Shown here one piece after another: positions 1-12,898 of a stretch of DNA of 55,729 bases. Source of the stretch: Craspedostauros australis (taxonomy: Eukaryota); assembly GCA_030167865.1 (NCBI GenBank), contig JALAGF010001111.1, forward strand, positions 1 to 55,729, in the 5' to 3' direction. A program made the translations under genes and the position numbers. Every line of letters starts with the position of its first letter. Within the stretch, counting starts at the first letter, position 1. A model generated the notes under the pieces. The model was not told the origin of the DNA and made no database searches. It saw only the letters and a program-made list of their open reading frames with translations.

Positions 1-152
1 GGATGATCAAAGAGTCGATACACTGCAAGAAGGGAGTGAAACAAGGCACACAACCAAGTGTCTTGCCCCACAGAAAACACAACGATGTCTGCAGGAAATC
101 TCCTGCAAACAACACTGCCAAGAAACATGTCCTGCATGATTGTTGCCTCTTC

Positions 153-219
153 NNNNNNNNNNNNNNNNNNNNNNNNNNNNNNNNNNNNNNNNNNNNNNNN
201 NNNNNNNNNNNNNNNNNNN
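153..219. other. Assembly gap (run of N)
   Basis: 67 consecutive N bases. Confidence 0.99.
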
Positions 220-2365
220 AAAACACTCTTCAAACACAGTACAAATCAATTGCATTCACTCTCGTCTTCCCATCGTAAACTCTGACACCAAACGACTTCA
301 TCAGTCGGTCCGAGTTGCGACATTGAACGCTTGCTCAAGGCAACGCAACAAACAATTTTCTCACAGCAACAAAAAAAAAAAACACAAAGTCCGTCCCTAT
401 TGTCAACAACAACAATAACAACAACAAACGATCCAATCCGGATTTGTTCCATCTACGGGGACATCTCGGACACGCGAACTAACGAAATTTAACTATTTGT
501 GAGGACCAAAGCCTGAACGAATGAGAAGAAGCGCTTCACTGTCTCTCCGCGTTCGGCAATTGTGAGTTGTCACGTGTCTTCGCTGTCCTGTCAATTGCGT
601 GTACGGTTCTCGTTCTTGGTCTCGTTGTCCCTGTGGGTCTTGTAGCTGTGTTGGGTCTGTTTGTTGTTGTGTGATGAGTATAGAAAGGTGGGTAGGGCAA
701 TGAGACCTGCGAATGGCGTGTCTCCGTTTGATCTCTTTCTTTTTGTTCCTTTTTTGGTTTTGTGTTGGATGATGGGATTGCTGTTCGAATGCGCTGTTGT
801 GGGTGCCTTTTGCGGAGCCAATGCGCGACCTGAGTATAGTACTGGTGAACTGAAGTGAACTGTTTGTAATTGAGTGATGGATGAAGAGGACAGTGAGTCT
901 CACAGGATTGCTTTTATGGTCACAACGAATCGTGGTCTGCGCTGTTGATGTGTTGTGTGTGTTGCGCTTTTACAAAAGCGGAGAGAGCGAAATTTTGGCA
1001 ATCAATTTTGTGAGGCGAGGTGCGCCTCGCTCGCCGCGGCAGCAACAGTCGTGCCCCCGACAACCAGTCGTTGCGTCAGCGAGATAAACCGACACGCGCG
1101 TTGAGCATCTGCCAAAGTGTGCCCGCATGTTAATTCTTCATGACGATGGAACTCCGATGAGGTCGAACTGCCGCTCACGAATCGAAACAACGAGACACAT
1201 CAGCGCGAAATACGGTGTCGCCAGGGCTGTTGATGCGCGCGTGTTCGTTTCCGTTTGTACCTGTGCGCGACACAATTATGCCGATGCGAGGACCAACAAA
1301 ACATGCTGCCGGCCACGCTCGCGCTTCGCTTCGCCTCTCGTCCGAAGTGAACTCCACATCGCTGTGTCCAAACGAGTATCGTTGTCCACAAAAACGACAA
1401 CGTGTTCGTGTGTGAGAACCGATCACTGGACCGTTGAAAAATATAGTATCAGTTGCCGCTGTCATTTGATGAGTGAATAGCGATGCGCGAATGCGCGCTT
1501 GACGACGCAAGAATGTGAGTCGGCACGTCCATTCAGACAGCAAACCATCATTTCAAACCATCAACAGGCGGGATTCAATGCCACCAAAATAACGCCAATT
1601 CTTGAATCTTTCAATAAGTTGACAAACGTCTGTCCATCTGTACGTTGTTGTACAATCATTCCATAACTTTTGCATGAATACCCTGAATAAAAGATCCCTT
1701 TCTTGGCGATTCTTGGATCTTCTATCTGTTTTCGTACATAACCATGATTGTCGCATGCAATGTCGTATCTCGCCAGATGACGAACGCCTTCTTGGTGTTC
1801 TCAAAGGATGTCGCAGGACGTGGTTGCGCGCGTATCCACAGCATTTGTGTGCGTGCACGCGTGCGATATATCTAGCCAAAACTAGTCGTTGGGACTATCT
1901 GTCGTGTTGTTTCTTCCCATCGTTCTTCTGGTACTTCTCTGCGTGTTGTTGTTGTTGGCGTTGCGCAGCGTTGTGCGCAGCGTGGTGGTGCGTTGCGTTC
2001 GTTTCTGCCGGCATTGCCTTTTGTGTGGTTCGTGGTCTTTGTGTACCGTACACGCAGTGTCGTGTGCGCGCCGCTTGTGTCGCATCTTTGGTCTGTCTCT
2101 GTCCTGTTGTGCCGAATCCTCCACAGCAGTACCCAACAGCAGCGCCATCATGGTGGTCTTCGTTGTTCTCGTCGTTGTTGTTGTCGTCTTTGGCTTTCGT
2201 CTTTTTGGGGTGGAAAAGGTGGTCATCAATCGTCATCAAGGTCAGCACCGCAGCGACAGAAGCAGCTGAGATAACAACAAGAAGGAGAAAGGAGAAGCAG
2301 GTCCATCAGCCACACCAACAACCACACAACGTGTACAATCGCATCGAAGCGCAGCAACTTTCACC

Positions 2366-4425
2366 ATGGCTCACGAAGAAAGATTCATCCCAGAGCGTGT
2401 TCGCATGAACCCGCTCAGCATAGTCAAGGACTATGCTGCCGTCCCACGTCTTGAGTACAGGTGAGGAGAAACGAAGCTTATCATGGCGGTGGCGGTGTTG
2501 CCGTTGTTGTACAGAGAACTGGAAGGGGCAGCGGATGGACGATGGGATCGTCACTCGGAATGGCAGGAAACAACAGCATTGGTCGGCTCAGGCCAGTACA
2601 GATGAATGCAACGCAATGGAAGGAGTCGGACAACATCACAGCGATGTAGGAACGGATGGGGTGGAGTCATCACATGGGTCGGTGGGAATGTAGCCGTTGG
2701 AGCCTTTGGAGGGTCCCAGCATCGGCGGCATTGGCAGCATTGGCAATGCAGTTGTTCATTCTCCACGCAAGGCTCAAAGATCTGCGGTCGACGATGAGCA
2801 CAGAAGGATTCTCAATGTGGCCGCATGAAGCACAACCCGAAACGGACCAATGCGCGGCCTCCAACAGCTTTCCCAAATTCCGCCATTCGTGACAATCGCA
2901 ATGCGCTGCAATCTCAACATTCCAGTCATCATCATCAACTCACACATCCCCAACGCGTTCCTCCATACAATCTCTTCTTCTCCACATTCGTATTCCCGAT
3001 TGCAGAACCATCGCCGGTGTCAACGGTCCTCTGGTCATCCTTGACAATGTCAAGCTTCCAAAGTACGCCGAGATCGTCAACCTCCGTCTCGGAGACGGAA
3101 CCCAGCGATCCGGACAGGTCCTCGAGGTCGCCGGAAACCGCGCCGTCGTGCAGGTGTTCGAGGGAACCGCAGGAATCGACAACAGAAAGACCAAGTGCGA
3201 GTTCACTGGCGATGTGCTGAAGATGGGTGTTTCCGAGGAGATGCTTGGACGCTCCTTCAACGGATCCGGAAAGGTCATCGACAACGCGCCAAAGGTCCTC
3301 GCCGAGACCTACCTCGACATCAACGGACAGCCAATCAACCCATCGTCCCGTGACTACCCTAAGGCCATGATCCAGACCGGTATCTCCGCCATCGATGTCA
3401 TGAACTCCATCGCCCGTGGACAGAAGATTCCCATCTTCTCTGCCGCCGGTCTTCCGCACAACGAAGTCGCCGCCCAGATCGCCCGTCAGGCCTCCCTCGT
3501 CCAGCAGAAGGACACCATGGACACGCACGAGGAGAATTTCGCCATCGTCTTCGGAGCCATGGGAGTCAACATGGAGACCGCCCGTTTCTTCCGTTCCGAT
3601 TTCGAGGAGAGTGGCGCCATGCAGCGCACCGCCCTGTTCCTCAACTTGGCCAACGACCCAACCATCGAGCGTATCATCACCCCTCGTCTTGCCCTCACCA
3701 CCGCCGAGTACCTCGCCTACGAGCGCGACCTGCACGTCCTCGTCATCCTCACCGACATGTCTTCCTACGCCGACGCCCTCCGTGAGGTGTCCGCTGCCCG
3801 TGAGGAAGTCCCAGGACGCCGTGGTTACCCAGGTTACATGTACACAGATCTGTCCACCATCTACGAGCGTGCAGGACGTGTCGTCGGTCGCAACGGTTCC
3901 ATCACCCAGCTTCCAATCCTCACCATGCCTAACGATGATATTACACACCCCATCCCAGATCTTACCGGATACATCACGGAGGGACAGATCTACCTCGACC
4001 GTCAGCTCCACACGAAGGGCATCTTCCCACCGATCAACGTGCTCCCATCCCTGTCGCGTCTCATGAAGTCCGCCATCGGAGAAGGCATGACCCGATCCGA
4101 TCACGGATCTGTCTCCAACCAGCTGTACGCCTCGTACGCCATGGGTAAGGACGTCATGGCCATGAAGGCCGTCGTCGGAGAGGAAGCCCTGTCGATGGAG
4201 GATCACCTCTACCTCAGCTTCCTCGAGCGATTCGAGGGCAAGTTCATCGCCCAGGGACCATACCAGGCGCGTTCCATCTTCGAGTCCCTCGACCTCGCCT
4301 GGTCCATCCTGCGTGCCTTCCCCAAGGAGCTCCTCAAGAAGATCCCAAAGAAGACCCTCGACAAGTTCTACGCCCGCCGTCGCGAGGCCGCCGAGGACCG
4401 CAACAAGGCCGACGGATCCAGCTAA
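2366..4425 (+). CDS. VMA2: V-type H+-ATPase subunit B (2 exons: 2366-2460, 3006-4425; 504 aa)
   Basis: Exon 1 [31 protein letters not shown] splices (GTGAGG...TTGCAG, 545-nt intron) into [25 protein letters not shown]. Hallmark motifs: [70 protein letters not shown]. Confidence 0.97.
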
Positions 4426-6012
4426 ATTGCTGGTCCATCGGCTTGCTTCAACGTCAGCGGCAGCTTTGGCGACGTCGTCTGTTGTCGTTGTAACTCCAGT
4501 CGGAGTGCGGCAACACCATGATAGCTTGGTCTCGATACTCTGCTGCTGCTGTTGTCGTTGGCCGAAGATATATCCAAACAAACAAAGATACAGAACCCAC
4601 CAGTGCAAAGAAACAAACAGAAAAACAAGAAATTTAAACCAAAACAGCATCCTTCCACGTTCTCACTTTATGTATGCGATGTACTGCATTGGTTGTGTTG
4701 CGCGATTGCAAGACAGCCTCAAATGCTTCTCAAAGTTAGACATTTGGATGCCTGCCGCACACAAACATGTGAAGTCATGCAATCGACGCATGGTCATCAT
4801 CAGCATTGATGGACGGTACTCTTGGGAGACGCAACGACAATAGTAGGAGCCACGTCAACACAATCAGGTGATGTACCTGCACACCCGATTGGCAAAGCTA
4901 TCAGAACAAAAGAGGACAGTGCCTGCAGAAGCATCCGTGCCGCTCAGAATAATCAGGATCAGCAGCATTGGAAAGTGAGCAAGTACAGCGACGTACCTCA
5001 TTTGCGGTTGGGAGATTTTCAAGGTGCATCTAACTGGTACGGATAGAGGAATTTAGCGGTCAGCGCACAGAAACTGTCTGTGACATCTGAAGCATAGGTT
5101 GTGCGGTTGTTGAGACTATTCCACCGTCGTCACAAAGTGATGGTCACACGTCGTTGCAACTCAACCATAAAAGAGCTGCGAGCACCGTCACGCTCGACAA
5201 TAATCTCCGCCACACGATTTATCTAGTCACATTGGTGCTGGCTACGTAGCTGATTTCAACACAAGAATTGAAAACTGTTTGAAATTGGTCTGAATTCGGA
5301 ACATCAAAATGGACAAATAATATGCCTTGCCGTATGTACGTGTATTGCATACTTGATCCAACGAAGGTAGGGAGACAACATCACCACATCGTCTTGTGAG
5401 GTGTCACGCATACAAGTGGTGTCCATGATGGTGTGGTATTGAAATTAATCCATACCTATACCTCAAGAACCGACTTCCAGTCTCGTGTGGAAGGTCTTGT
5501 CGTGCGTGCGAGATGTGTCTAAGATCATTGTACTCTCTCCAGCAAAGAGGAATAGAGTAGAGTACCAAGGAAGACAATGGCTCGGCATCGACAGAAGAGC
5601 GCTCAAGTATTCCGTGCGTGTCGAATAGGTCTTCGAAGAAGAAGAAGAATGTGCGCTTTGTCAAAGTGCGGATGCCTTGGTGCAACAGGCGAAGGGTACA
5701 GCATGTGTTGCGATTGTGTTCGTAGTTGTCGACAACAGTCTTCGTCTTGGTTGTCGGCGACAGATTTTGTGGTTTGTGTTTGGTGGATCCCGAAACTGAC
5801 GTCACAACGGAATGGGTCGGATGTTGACGCGATCTTGCGCGCGATGAAACACACCTTCGTAGCAACACAACCGCAACAACAATCAAAGCGGCACAGCACG
5901 GGCAGATCACAATCATCCGATCTATCCATCCCTCTCCACCCTGAGCATTCATCCATTCATCCATTAGTCGATCGACTGAGAAGGAGCTGAACTGGAAGCA
6001 GCAATCAGCATC

Positions 6013-7796
6013 ATGACGAAGCAGAGGACGTCCATCATGGACATCGCCGCGATCGCCGCAATCGCGTTGGTCGGCGCTTCGCTGGATACCGCCGCTGCCT
6101 TTTCGCCCGTCAGCATCCAATCCTTGCACCACCGGGCAGCTGTCAGTGTTGGCGGCAATCCGTTCGGGCCGTCACTTCCAACGCAGCAGCAGACGTCTGT
6201 AGAGAGTCTGGTTTCGTTACATGCCAAGAAGAAGCAGAGAAGGAGACGCAACAAGCCAAAGAATGATCTTAAGGAAGATGAAGAAATCAGGATGGTGGAC
6301 TTTGAGAGTGTACTGCCACCACCAGTGAAGAAGCAGGAAGAAGCACCGCAAACAGAAGAAGAGGAAGAAGCGCCAAAGCCAAAGGCCGCGACACCAGAGC
6401 CGATGGCGCAGCCGATCCAATCGAACGATGGCCCGATCGCACCGAAGGGTATTGGTATGTTGTTTGCAATTGTTTCATGTGAGGTGGTGCTCAATGCGGC
6501 ATGGTGCACCACGTTGGTATTGCGCAATGCTCTGCTGCCACAGTATGATCAATGAGTACATGGTCCCAATCGGCGAATGCCTTCCATCACATAATTGGTT
6601 CGACATAATGCAGCGCAACGCAACAGACGTATCTCCAACGTCATGCTCCGAACTGTCCTTGAAAACTGCACTTCAAAATCGCACGCCATCCCCGTGTTCC
6701 AATTCTCACCTATTCCATGCTCGTTCTGCGATACTGCACTCCGCCGCGATCTGCTCCAATTCTTTCTCTCAACAGAGGAGGAGCTGCCGGGCATCCAAAG
6801 CGCCATCCCAGTGCCCACCATGTCCGAAGAATCCTTGAAGAAACAAATGGAAGCCGACCTGGCACTTCTCAATCGCGGCAAGAAGAAGAGGAAGCGCCTC
6901 ATCGCCACGCCGTACGATGATGACGAGGATCTGGAAAAGGACAAGGCCAACCGAATCGATCGCAAGGACACGGATGCCTTCATGCGGTTGTTGGAGCAGC
7001 AGCCGTACGCCGACGCCGATGACTCGTTGTTTGAGGAGGAGGAGTACACCATCGTGAATGCTCTGTTGGGTGAGCGTGCCAAGTCCTTCTTGGCCATCCC
7101 GTCCGGACCGTTGCAAGTGGGACATTTCATCGGAGCCTTGGTCATCATCCTCATGGCCTTTGTGGAGTATCCTGGATTTCCGCTGACTAACTTGCCCACG
7201 CAGTTGCGCGGTGCCTTGCAAGGTGGTAAGTTCGATTCCGATGCTTGTACTCGTGCGAATCGCGTTTTCATTCCGGTTGAGTTGAAATGAGTTGAGTTAA
7301 AATGAATTGGCATGATGCACGTGCATTGAATTGGATAAGCGAAGAGCACACTGAAGTGCAGCTGCAAAGCAAGATACGAAACAGCGCGACAGATCAGCTG
7401 AAGACGCACACGGTGCCTCGTACTGTGAACAACACGCGTTGTGTTGGTATTCCCACTGCCGCTGTCCTCCATCACATCGATCTCACCACGTCCCTCCTTT
7501 TGCGGTACTCTGCCAATTCGGCCTTTGTGTGCTTCGTTTCACAACCATACTCGCACGCACATCTATTCATTCACACGGCAGGCTTGGCAACCGTGTACTT
7601 TGTGAATGCGCTCATCGCCGTCGTGTCAGTCTTCAAGGCCAAGGAGCGCGGCCAACCCGTTAGTCTGTGGATTGTTAAATGTTTCACCGTCGGTGGCATC
7701 GCCTACGATCAACTGACCCAGATCCCAACTCTGGAAGAGGTCGAAGAAGCACGCAACCGCAAGGGAAAGCGGGCCCTCAAGAATAGGAAGAAGTAG
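6013..7796 (+). CDS. Putative plastid-targeted membrane protein of unknown function (3 exons: 6013-6454, 6776-7225, 7582-7796; ~368 aa)
   Basis: Signal peptide followed by TAAA-FSP (ASAFAP-like) and an S/T/Q-rich transit region. GT-AG introns (GTATGT..AACAG, GTAAGT..GGCAG) join three ORFs in frame. C-terminal hydrophobic segments (HFIGALVIILMAFVEYPGFP, GLATVYFVNALIAVVSVF, LWIVKCFTVGGIAY). Confidence 0.75.
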
Positions 7797-9272
7797 AGAG
7801 CGCTCAAAATCAAAGAGAAGTTTACTGCACTCTGAACAGTAAATTAAATTGAGCATGATGTCTACTTCTCTATGATTCCAGATCGACGATCACTTGATGC
7901 TGTGCGGATGGCAGATGTGCTGTTGGTGTTGGCGGCATCACTCATGTCTGTGATTCTCGCAGTGCTATGCGCGCTGATGACTCTGTTGATGGGTTCGGTG
8001 GCATCTTCGATGCTGAACCATGTGTCCTTCTCTTACATAATCGATGAGCTCCTTCGCATCCTCCTTGGCTTGGTTGAGGAGTTTCTCCGCATTGGTCTGA
8101 TAGAGGGAGAGAGTAGTGCTCGTATTCCTCTCTGTTCCCAACAATTGCTGTGAGCGCCACCGAACAAACCGCCGAAGCTGTTTGTGATCGTCTTCTCCAA
8201 CCTCTTTCTGCATGATCAATCACTCGTTTCACTTCCTCTGGCATCAGCATTTTACTTTCTAAACAGACAATCGATCACCCCTTTCACGGCCTCTGGGTCC
8301 GCCATGGTGCCTTTCTTGGCTATTGGAACGAACGCAACGACCACCACAGTGACTACCACCGCAACGACCACTGCGACAAGATCACGCTTTGTTTCAACTC
8401 GCTATGCCGGTGCAGACCAGAGGGTGCGCTCGCGAGACTACCCCGCATCACCTGTGCAAGTGTTAGGCACTCCCCTCGTTGCTCCTGCTTCTGCCTTATC
8501 CGCATTCGATGCTTCATCAGAACGCGGTGTTGCGAGTGTTGCAGGTGCCAATGCAAAAACAGAAGCAAGTGGAAGAACGAATGCAGCAGTTTCATCAAGC
8601 TCCAATGCTTCTTTCTGTGTGTAAATGATTTTTCAACTCTCCAACGACAACGGGTGTGGCAAGGAGTGATCTCGTACTGCATGCAAGTACTCACTCTGTT
8701 GTTGACGTTGGTGCTGTTCTTGTGAATTGTCGCGAACGGTCTTGGAGCCTTCCTCCGAAGATCATCAATTTTTTAGCTTTGGCGCGAAGATCTTCAAATT
8801 GTGGTGGACAAAGTATGCACGACTCGGAAATCGAGGCGATCGCGCACGATGGCGACAGTTTTGAATTCGTGATTTTGCACGGTGCAAAAAGTTGGTTCCC
8901 GGATGCCACCAAAGCACGACGCGGACATGCTCCTTGCCTGGACATTCAAAGTTTGTACATTTCTCTGCACGTACTCATCGAATGATCATCGCAGGAACGT
9001 GACGGAGGATAGCCCTGTTCCAGACACCTTGCGAGGAGAGAGAAAGCGAAAAAGATGGCGAGACCACGTGAAAGGATGGAAGGAACCATTCACATGCGTG
9101 GAATGTTCCTTTGGAATGTACGTGTGTCGTATGTAGACGTGAAGAAATCAAACTTGCGCCACACCTACTTAGTCATAGCTACCGTTCGGATAGAGAGTAT
9201 CATCACGTCCATGCGCCGCCGTCGTGGTCATCGTCGCTGCCTGCACAACGATTCTGTTGCGATGGCTGTGGT

Positions 9273-9309
9273 TCTCTCTCTTTCTAGAGAGAGAGAGAGA
9301 GAGAGAGAG
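9273..9309. repeat. (CT)n/(GA)n microsatellite
   Basis: TCTCTCTCTTTCT immediately followed by about 12 AG units. Confidence 0.85.
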
Positions 9310-9916
9310 TTGACGAGCATGATACACACAGGTCTATGCTCGCATATCCACGACGCATTCGCTCCGAGGACGTGCCATGAACAGCGTTGTGTGTGTGTGC
9401 TCCATATGATTTTTAAAAGTTGTGGGTGGTGCTATGTTTGGAGTTGCTGAAGGTGGACTCCCACAGTGTTCAATTTCGTGGTGGATGATCGACCCCTTCC
9501 CCTCCCTCTCTGTCTCTCTAGATCCATCCCATCATGCTAATGTATGTCTCCAACGAATGACAGACGGATACGTATGTCCACTTCAACAACACAACCGATA
9601 CAACGCTGCGGCAACACCGACACACCCACACAACCAACCAACCAACCTTGAATCAATCATCAACCAGCCATCACCGAACGACCACAGAACACGCCCAAGA
9701 AAGCGGCACGCCAGTAGGACCTACTCAACTCGCACACCCTCGTGTTGGCGCAGAGAAATGCGCCTGTTGCTGCTTCCTTCTTGTGGAAAAGAGCCATCAA
9801 CTCCTCAACGAACCATCAGGTGCTTTCACAACCCGCATCTCGACTATCCCACAGCGACCATTGCAACATAGGATAAGAAAGGTGACGCCACAACGGCCTC
9901 ATCCATTCGAGACATC

Positions 9917-12898
9917 ATGATGATGATCCGACGCTCGCAGTTGGCGTTTGCCGCATTGGCGGCAGCCTGCTGTGTGTCCGAGCTGAGAGCATTCGAACCA
10001 ATCTGCAGAATACGCGCACCTGGCCGTCCTGTTGTCCCAATCCAGTTACATTCCACGCTGGTGGATGGTGTCGGTGATGTTGTGAAGCCAGTGGCCACAG
10101 CAACGGCAACAGCAGGAGACGACACTTCGCCAGTGGCCCAACTGCATCACAAGATCAAGAACATGTGTTCGAAGAATGAACTGCAGCAGGCGATGGAGCT
10201 GTTGGATGGGTTTCATCAGACTCCTGTGGATAATTCGGAACAGCCGGGGGAAGCGGATGAAGCATTGGAGGTGGAGACAGAAACGGCATCATCAGAATCA
10301 GAATCATCGGGAACGACAGATGCGCTGCAACCATCCGAAGAATCGTACACCCTCTTCATCCACGCATTGATCCGCAAACACTTCCCAGGCGCCGAGGACG
10401 TCGCCGAACGCATGCTGCGGCAGGCGCTTGCCAACAGCGAGGTCTCGCCACCGTCCGCGAACTTCTACCACGCCGTCATCCACGCCTGGTCCAAATCCAA
10501 ACGCGTCTCGGCCGGCAAAAAGTGCGACCGATTGCTGTCGGAACTGTGGACGCAGCATGAGGCCAGCGGCAAAGACGCGCGATACGTGCCGGTGCATGCG
10601 AGTTATGTATCGACGTTGGTCGCTTTGTCGCGCAGTCGTGGTGGACGCAAGGCGGCCGAGCGGTGCGAAGAACTGATTGAGGATATGGAACGATTGCATT
10701 GGGATTACCCGCAGCTCGCCCCGACGACGACTTGCGTCAACGCGGTGCTCAATGCTTGGAGCAAGTGCGCGGGGCAGGTCGCAAACAAGGATGCGGCCAA
10801 CCGATCCATGGCCATTCTCAACAAGATGGAGGATCTGTTGGAAGCAGGACGTGTCGAGTTGGCGCCCAACGCTGTGACGTTCAACACGGTTTTGGATGCC
10901 GTGGCCAAGAGCCGCAACCGAACGTCGGCGCAGACGGCCGAGGACCTATTGCAGCGGATGGATGACTTTGGAAAGAAGCACGAGCTGCTGGCGGACACGT
11001 GCCAACCGAGCCAGTCGGTGAGTTCAGTGCATGGAGGAGTGGAATGGAGTGGAGTTTGTCGAAACTCTTGCTTGTCCGACCGCTTAGTCGGCCGTACTTT
11101 GTGAAACTACGATTATCGCTGGTCATCAGGATCAGTATCAACATGATGACAATGTTGCGTTGTTTGGTCTTGGCATGATTCGATTCCTTTCGCAGAGTAT
11201 GAATACTTGTGCTACATTCAGCGAACGCGCCTTTCCTCATTCATCTCCGTTTGCTTGGTTGTTTGGTTGGTCGGTTCCTTCTGTACCAACGATGACGCCA
11301 CCTATGCTCCATCAGACTTTCAACATCGTCATGAATGCATGGGCGCAAAGCCGCCAACGTGGAGCCGCGCGACGTGCCGAGGCCATCCTGGAGCATATGG
11401 AGGATCGGTTCAAGCTCGGGCACACGGAGGTCCGACCCAACACGATCAGCTACTCCACCGTCATCAACGCATGGGCGCTCAGCACGGAACCCGACGTCGT
11501 CGAACGTGCCGAGGCCCTCATCCACCGTTGCGAGCAACGCCATGCGGTCGAAGGATCGAAAGCACGGCCCGACATCATGATGTACAATTCTCTGCTCAAA
11601 TGTTACTCGCGATGGAATCATCCTGATGCCGCCAACAAGGCGTTGGCCGTTCTGGAGAAGATGAAGTCATTCGCGGATAACCACGCCATGAAGAATGTCT
11701 CGCCCGACGTCTACACCTACACCACTATCATCGATACCATCGCCAAGAGCAAAGACACAGAGAGCATCGTCGAACGTGCGGAGTCCGTGTTGAAGGAACT
11801 GGAGGACAAGTACAAGGCCACTGACGATGAGCGTTTGAAGCCAAACGTGCGGACGTACACATCGGTGAGTGGCGAGTATGGTCCTGAGCGCGAGCTTTTG
11901 TTGCGATTGTGCCTGCTTGTCTGCATGTTTGCGTGACTGGAGGTGTGCACGACGATGATGGATGCGGCGTCGGAATATCCTGTATTGATGACAATCGCTA
12001 TCTCGAAAATGCATGGTCATGACATTGCAACCAACTGCGATCATCACTCAACGTCAACGCCAAATGTCACCACTCTACTCTGTACACCCATCACCACCCT
12101 GCCACAACCACAACCACAACCACACAACATGAACAGTTCGTCAATGCCATTGGCAGAAGCAGGAGGAATCCAGAAAGGGCAGATGCTTTCGTGCGTCGCA
12201 TGGAGGAGCAGTACAGCGCTGGCGAGACCAGCGTGCGACCCGACGTCGTGTGCTACAATGCGCTGCTGAATGCCTACGGCTGGTCCGACTTCGAAGGCAA
12301 GGGCAAGAAGTGCTACGACATCTACAAATCCATGCGCCAAGGGTACGAGACCGGCACGCACCGGCAGCTGAAGCCCGATGTGATCACGTGCAACTCCGTC
12401 CTGAACGCCTGCGCCCATGACACGGTGACATCCGAAACCGACAAGGCCGATGTGATGCGGTACGTGGCCAGCGTGTTCGAGAACTTCGACTCCGCCGCAC
12501 CGCGCTTCGGACGTCCCGACCATCTGACCTTTGCGCACATCATCGCGGCGGCCACGAAGCACATGCCCGAATCGGAGCAGCGCACCAAGTTCGCCGAGGC
12601 GACGTTTTGGCAGTGCTGTCAGAACGGGCGACTGAGCCCCCTCGTGGTGTCGACGCTGCACGTGTGCATACCGCACGCCGATCTGAAGCGGCTGCTGGGA
12701 CCCGCGCTGCATTCCAAGGAGGGTGAGGCAACGCTGAAATTCGACAAGCGCAAGTTCCCATCGGAGTGGACGCAGAACGCCTCCCGCGCTCGCAACGTGC
12801 GGAGTCGGCCCAGCAAGAAGCGGGGCACGAAGCCGGTGAGCAAGGTCCATGCCGCAGTTCAGAAGGAGAAGAAACAGAAGCACAACAAGAAAAAATAG
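9917..12898 (+). CDS. Pentatricopeptide-repeat (PPR) protein, probably plastid-targeted (3 exons: 9917-11017, 11316-11864, 12137-12898; ~803 aa)
   Basis: Repeated PPR motifs (PNAVTFNTVLDAVAKS, PNTISYSTVINAWA, PDIMMYNSLLKCYS, PDVYTYTTIIDTIAKS, PDVVCYNALLNAYG, PDVITCNSVLNACA). Signal peptide + LRA-FEP. Two phase-0 GTGAGT..CAG introns restore broken PPR motifs (QPSQS|TFNIVMNAW; PNVRTYTS|FVNAIGRS). Confidence 0.9.

Noticed and set aside
2935..4650. 571-aa minus-strand ORF
   Set aside because: It is the antisense shadow of the strongly codon-biased V-ATPase B gene and has no protein-like motifs.
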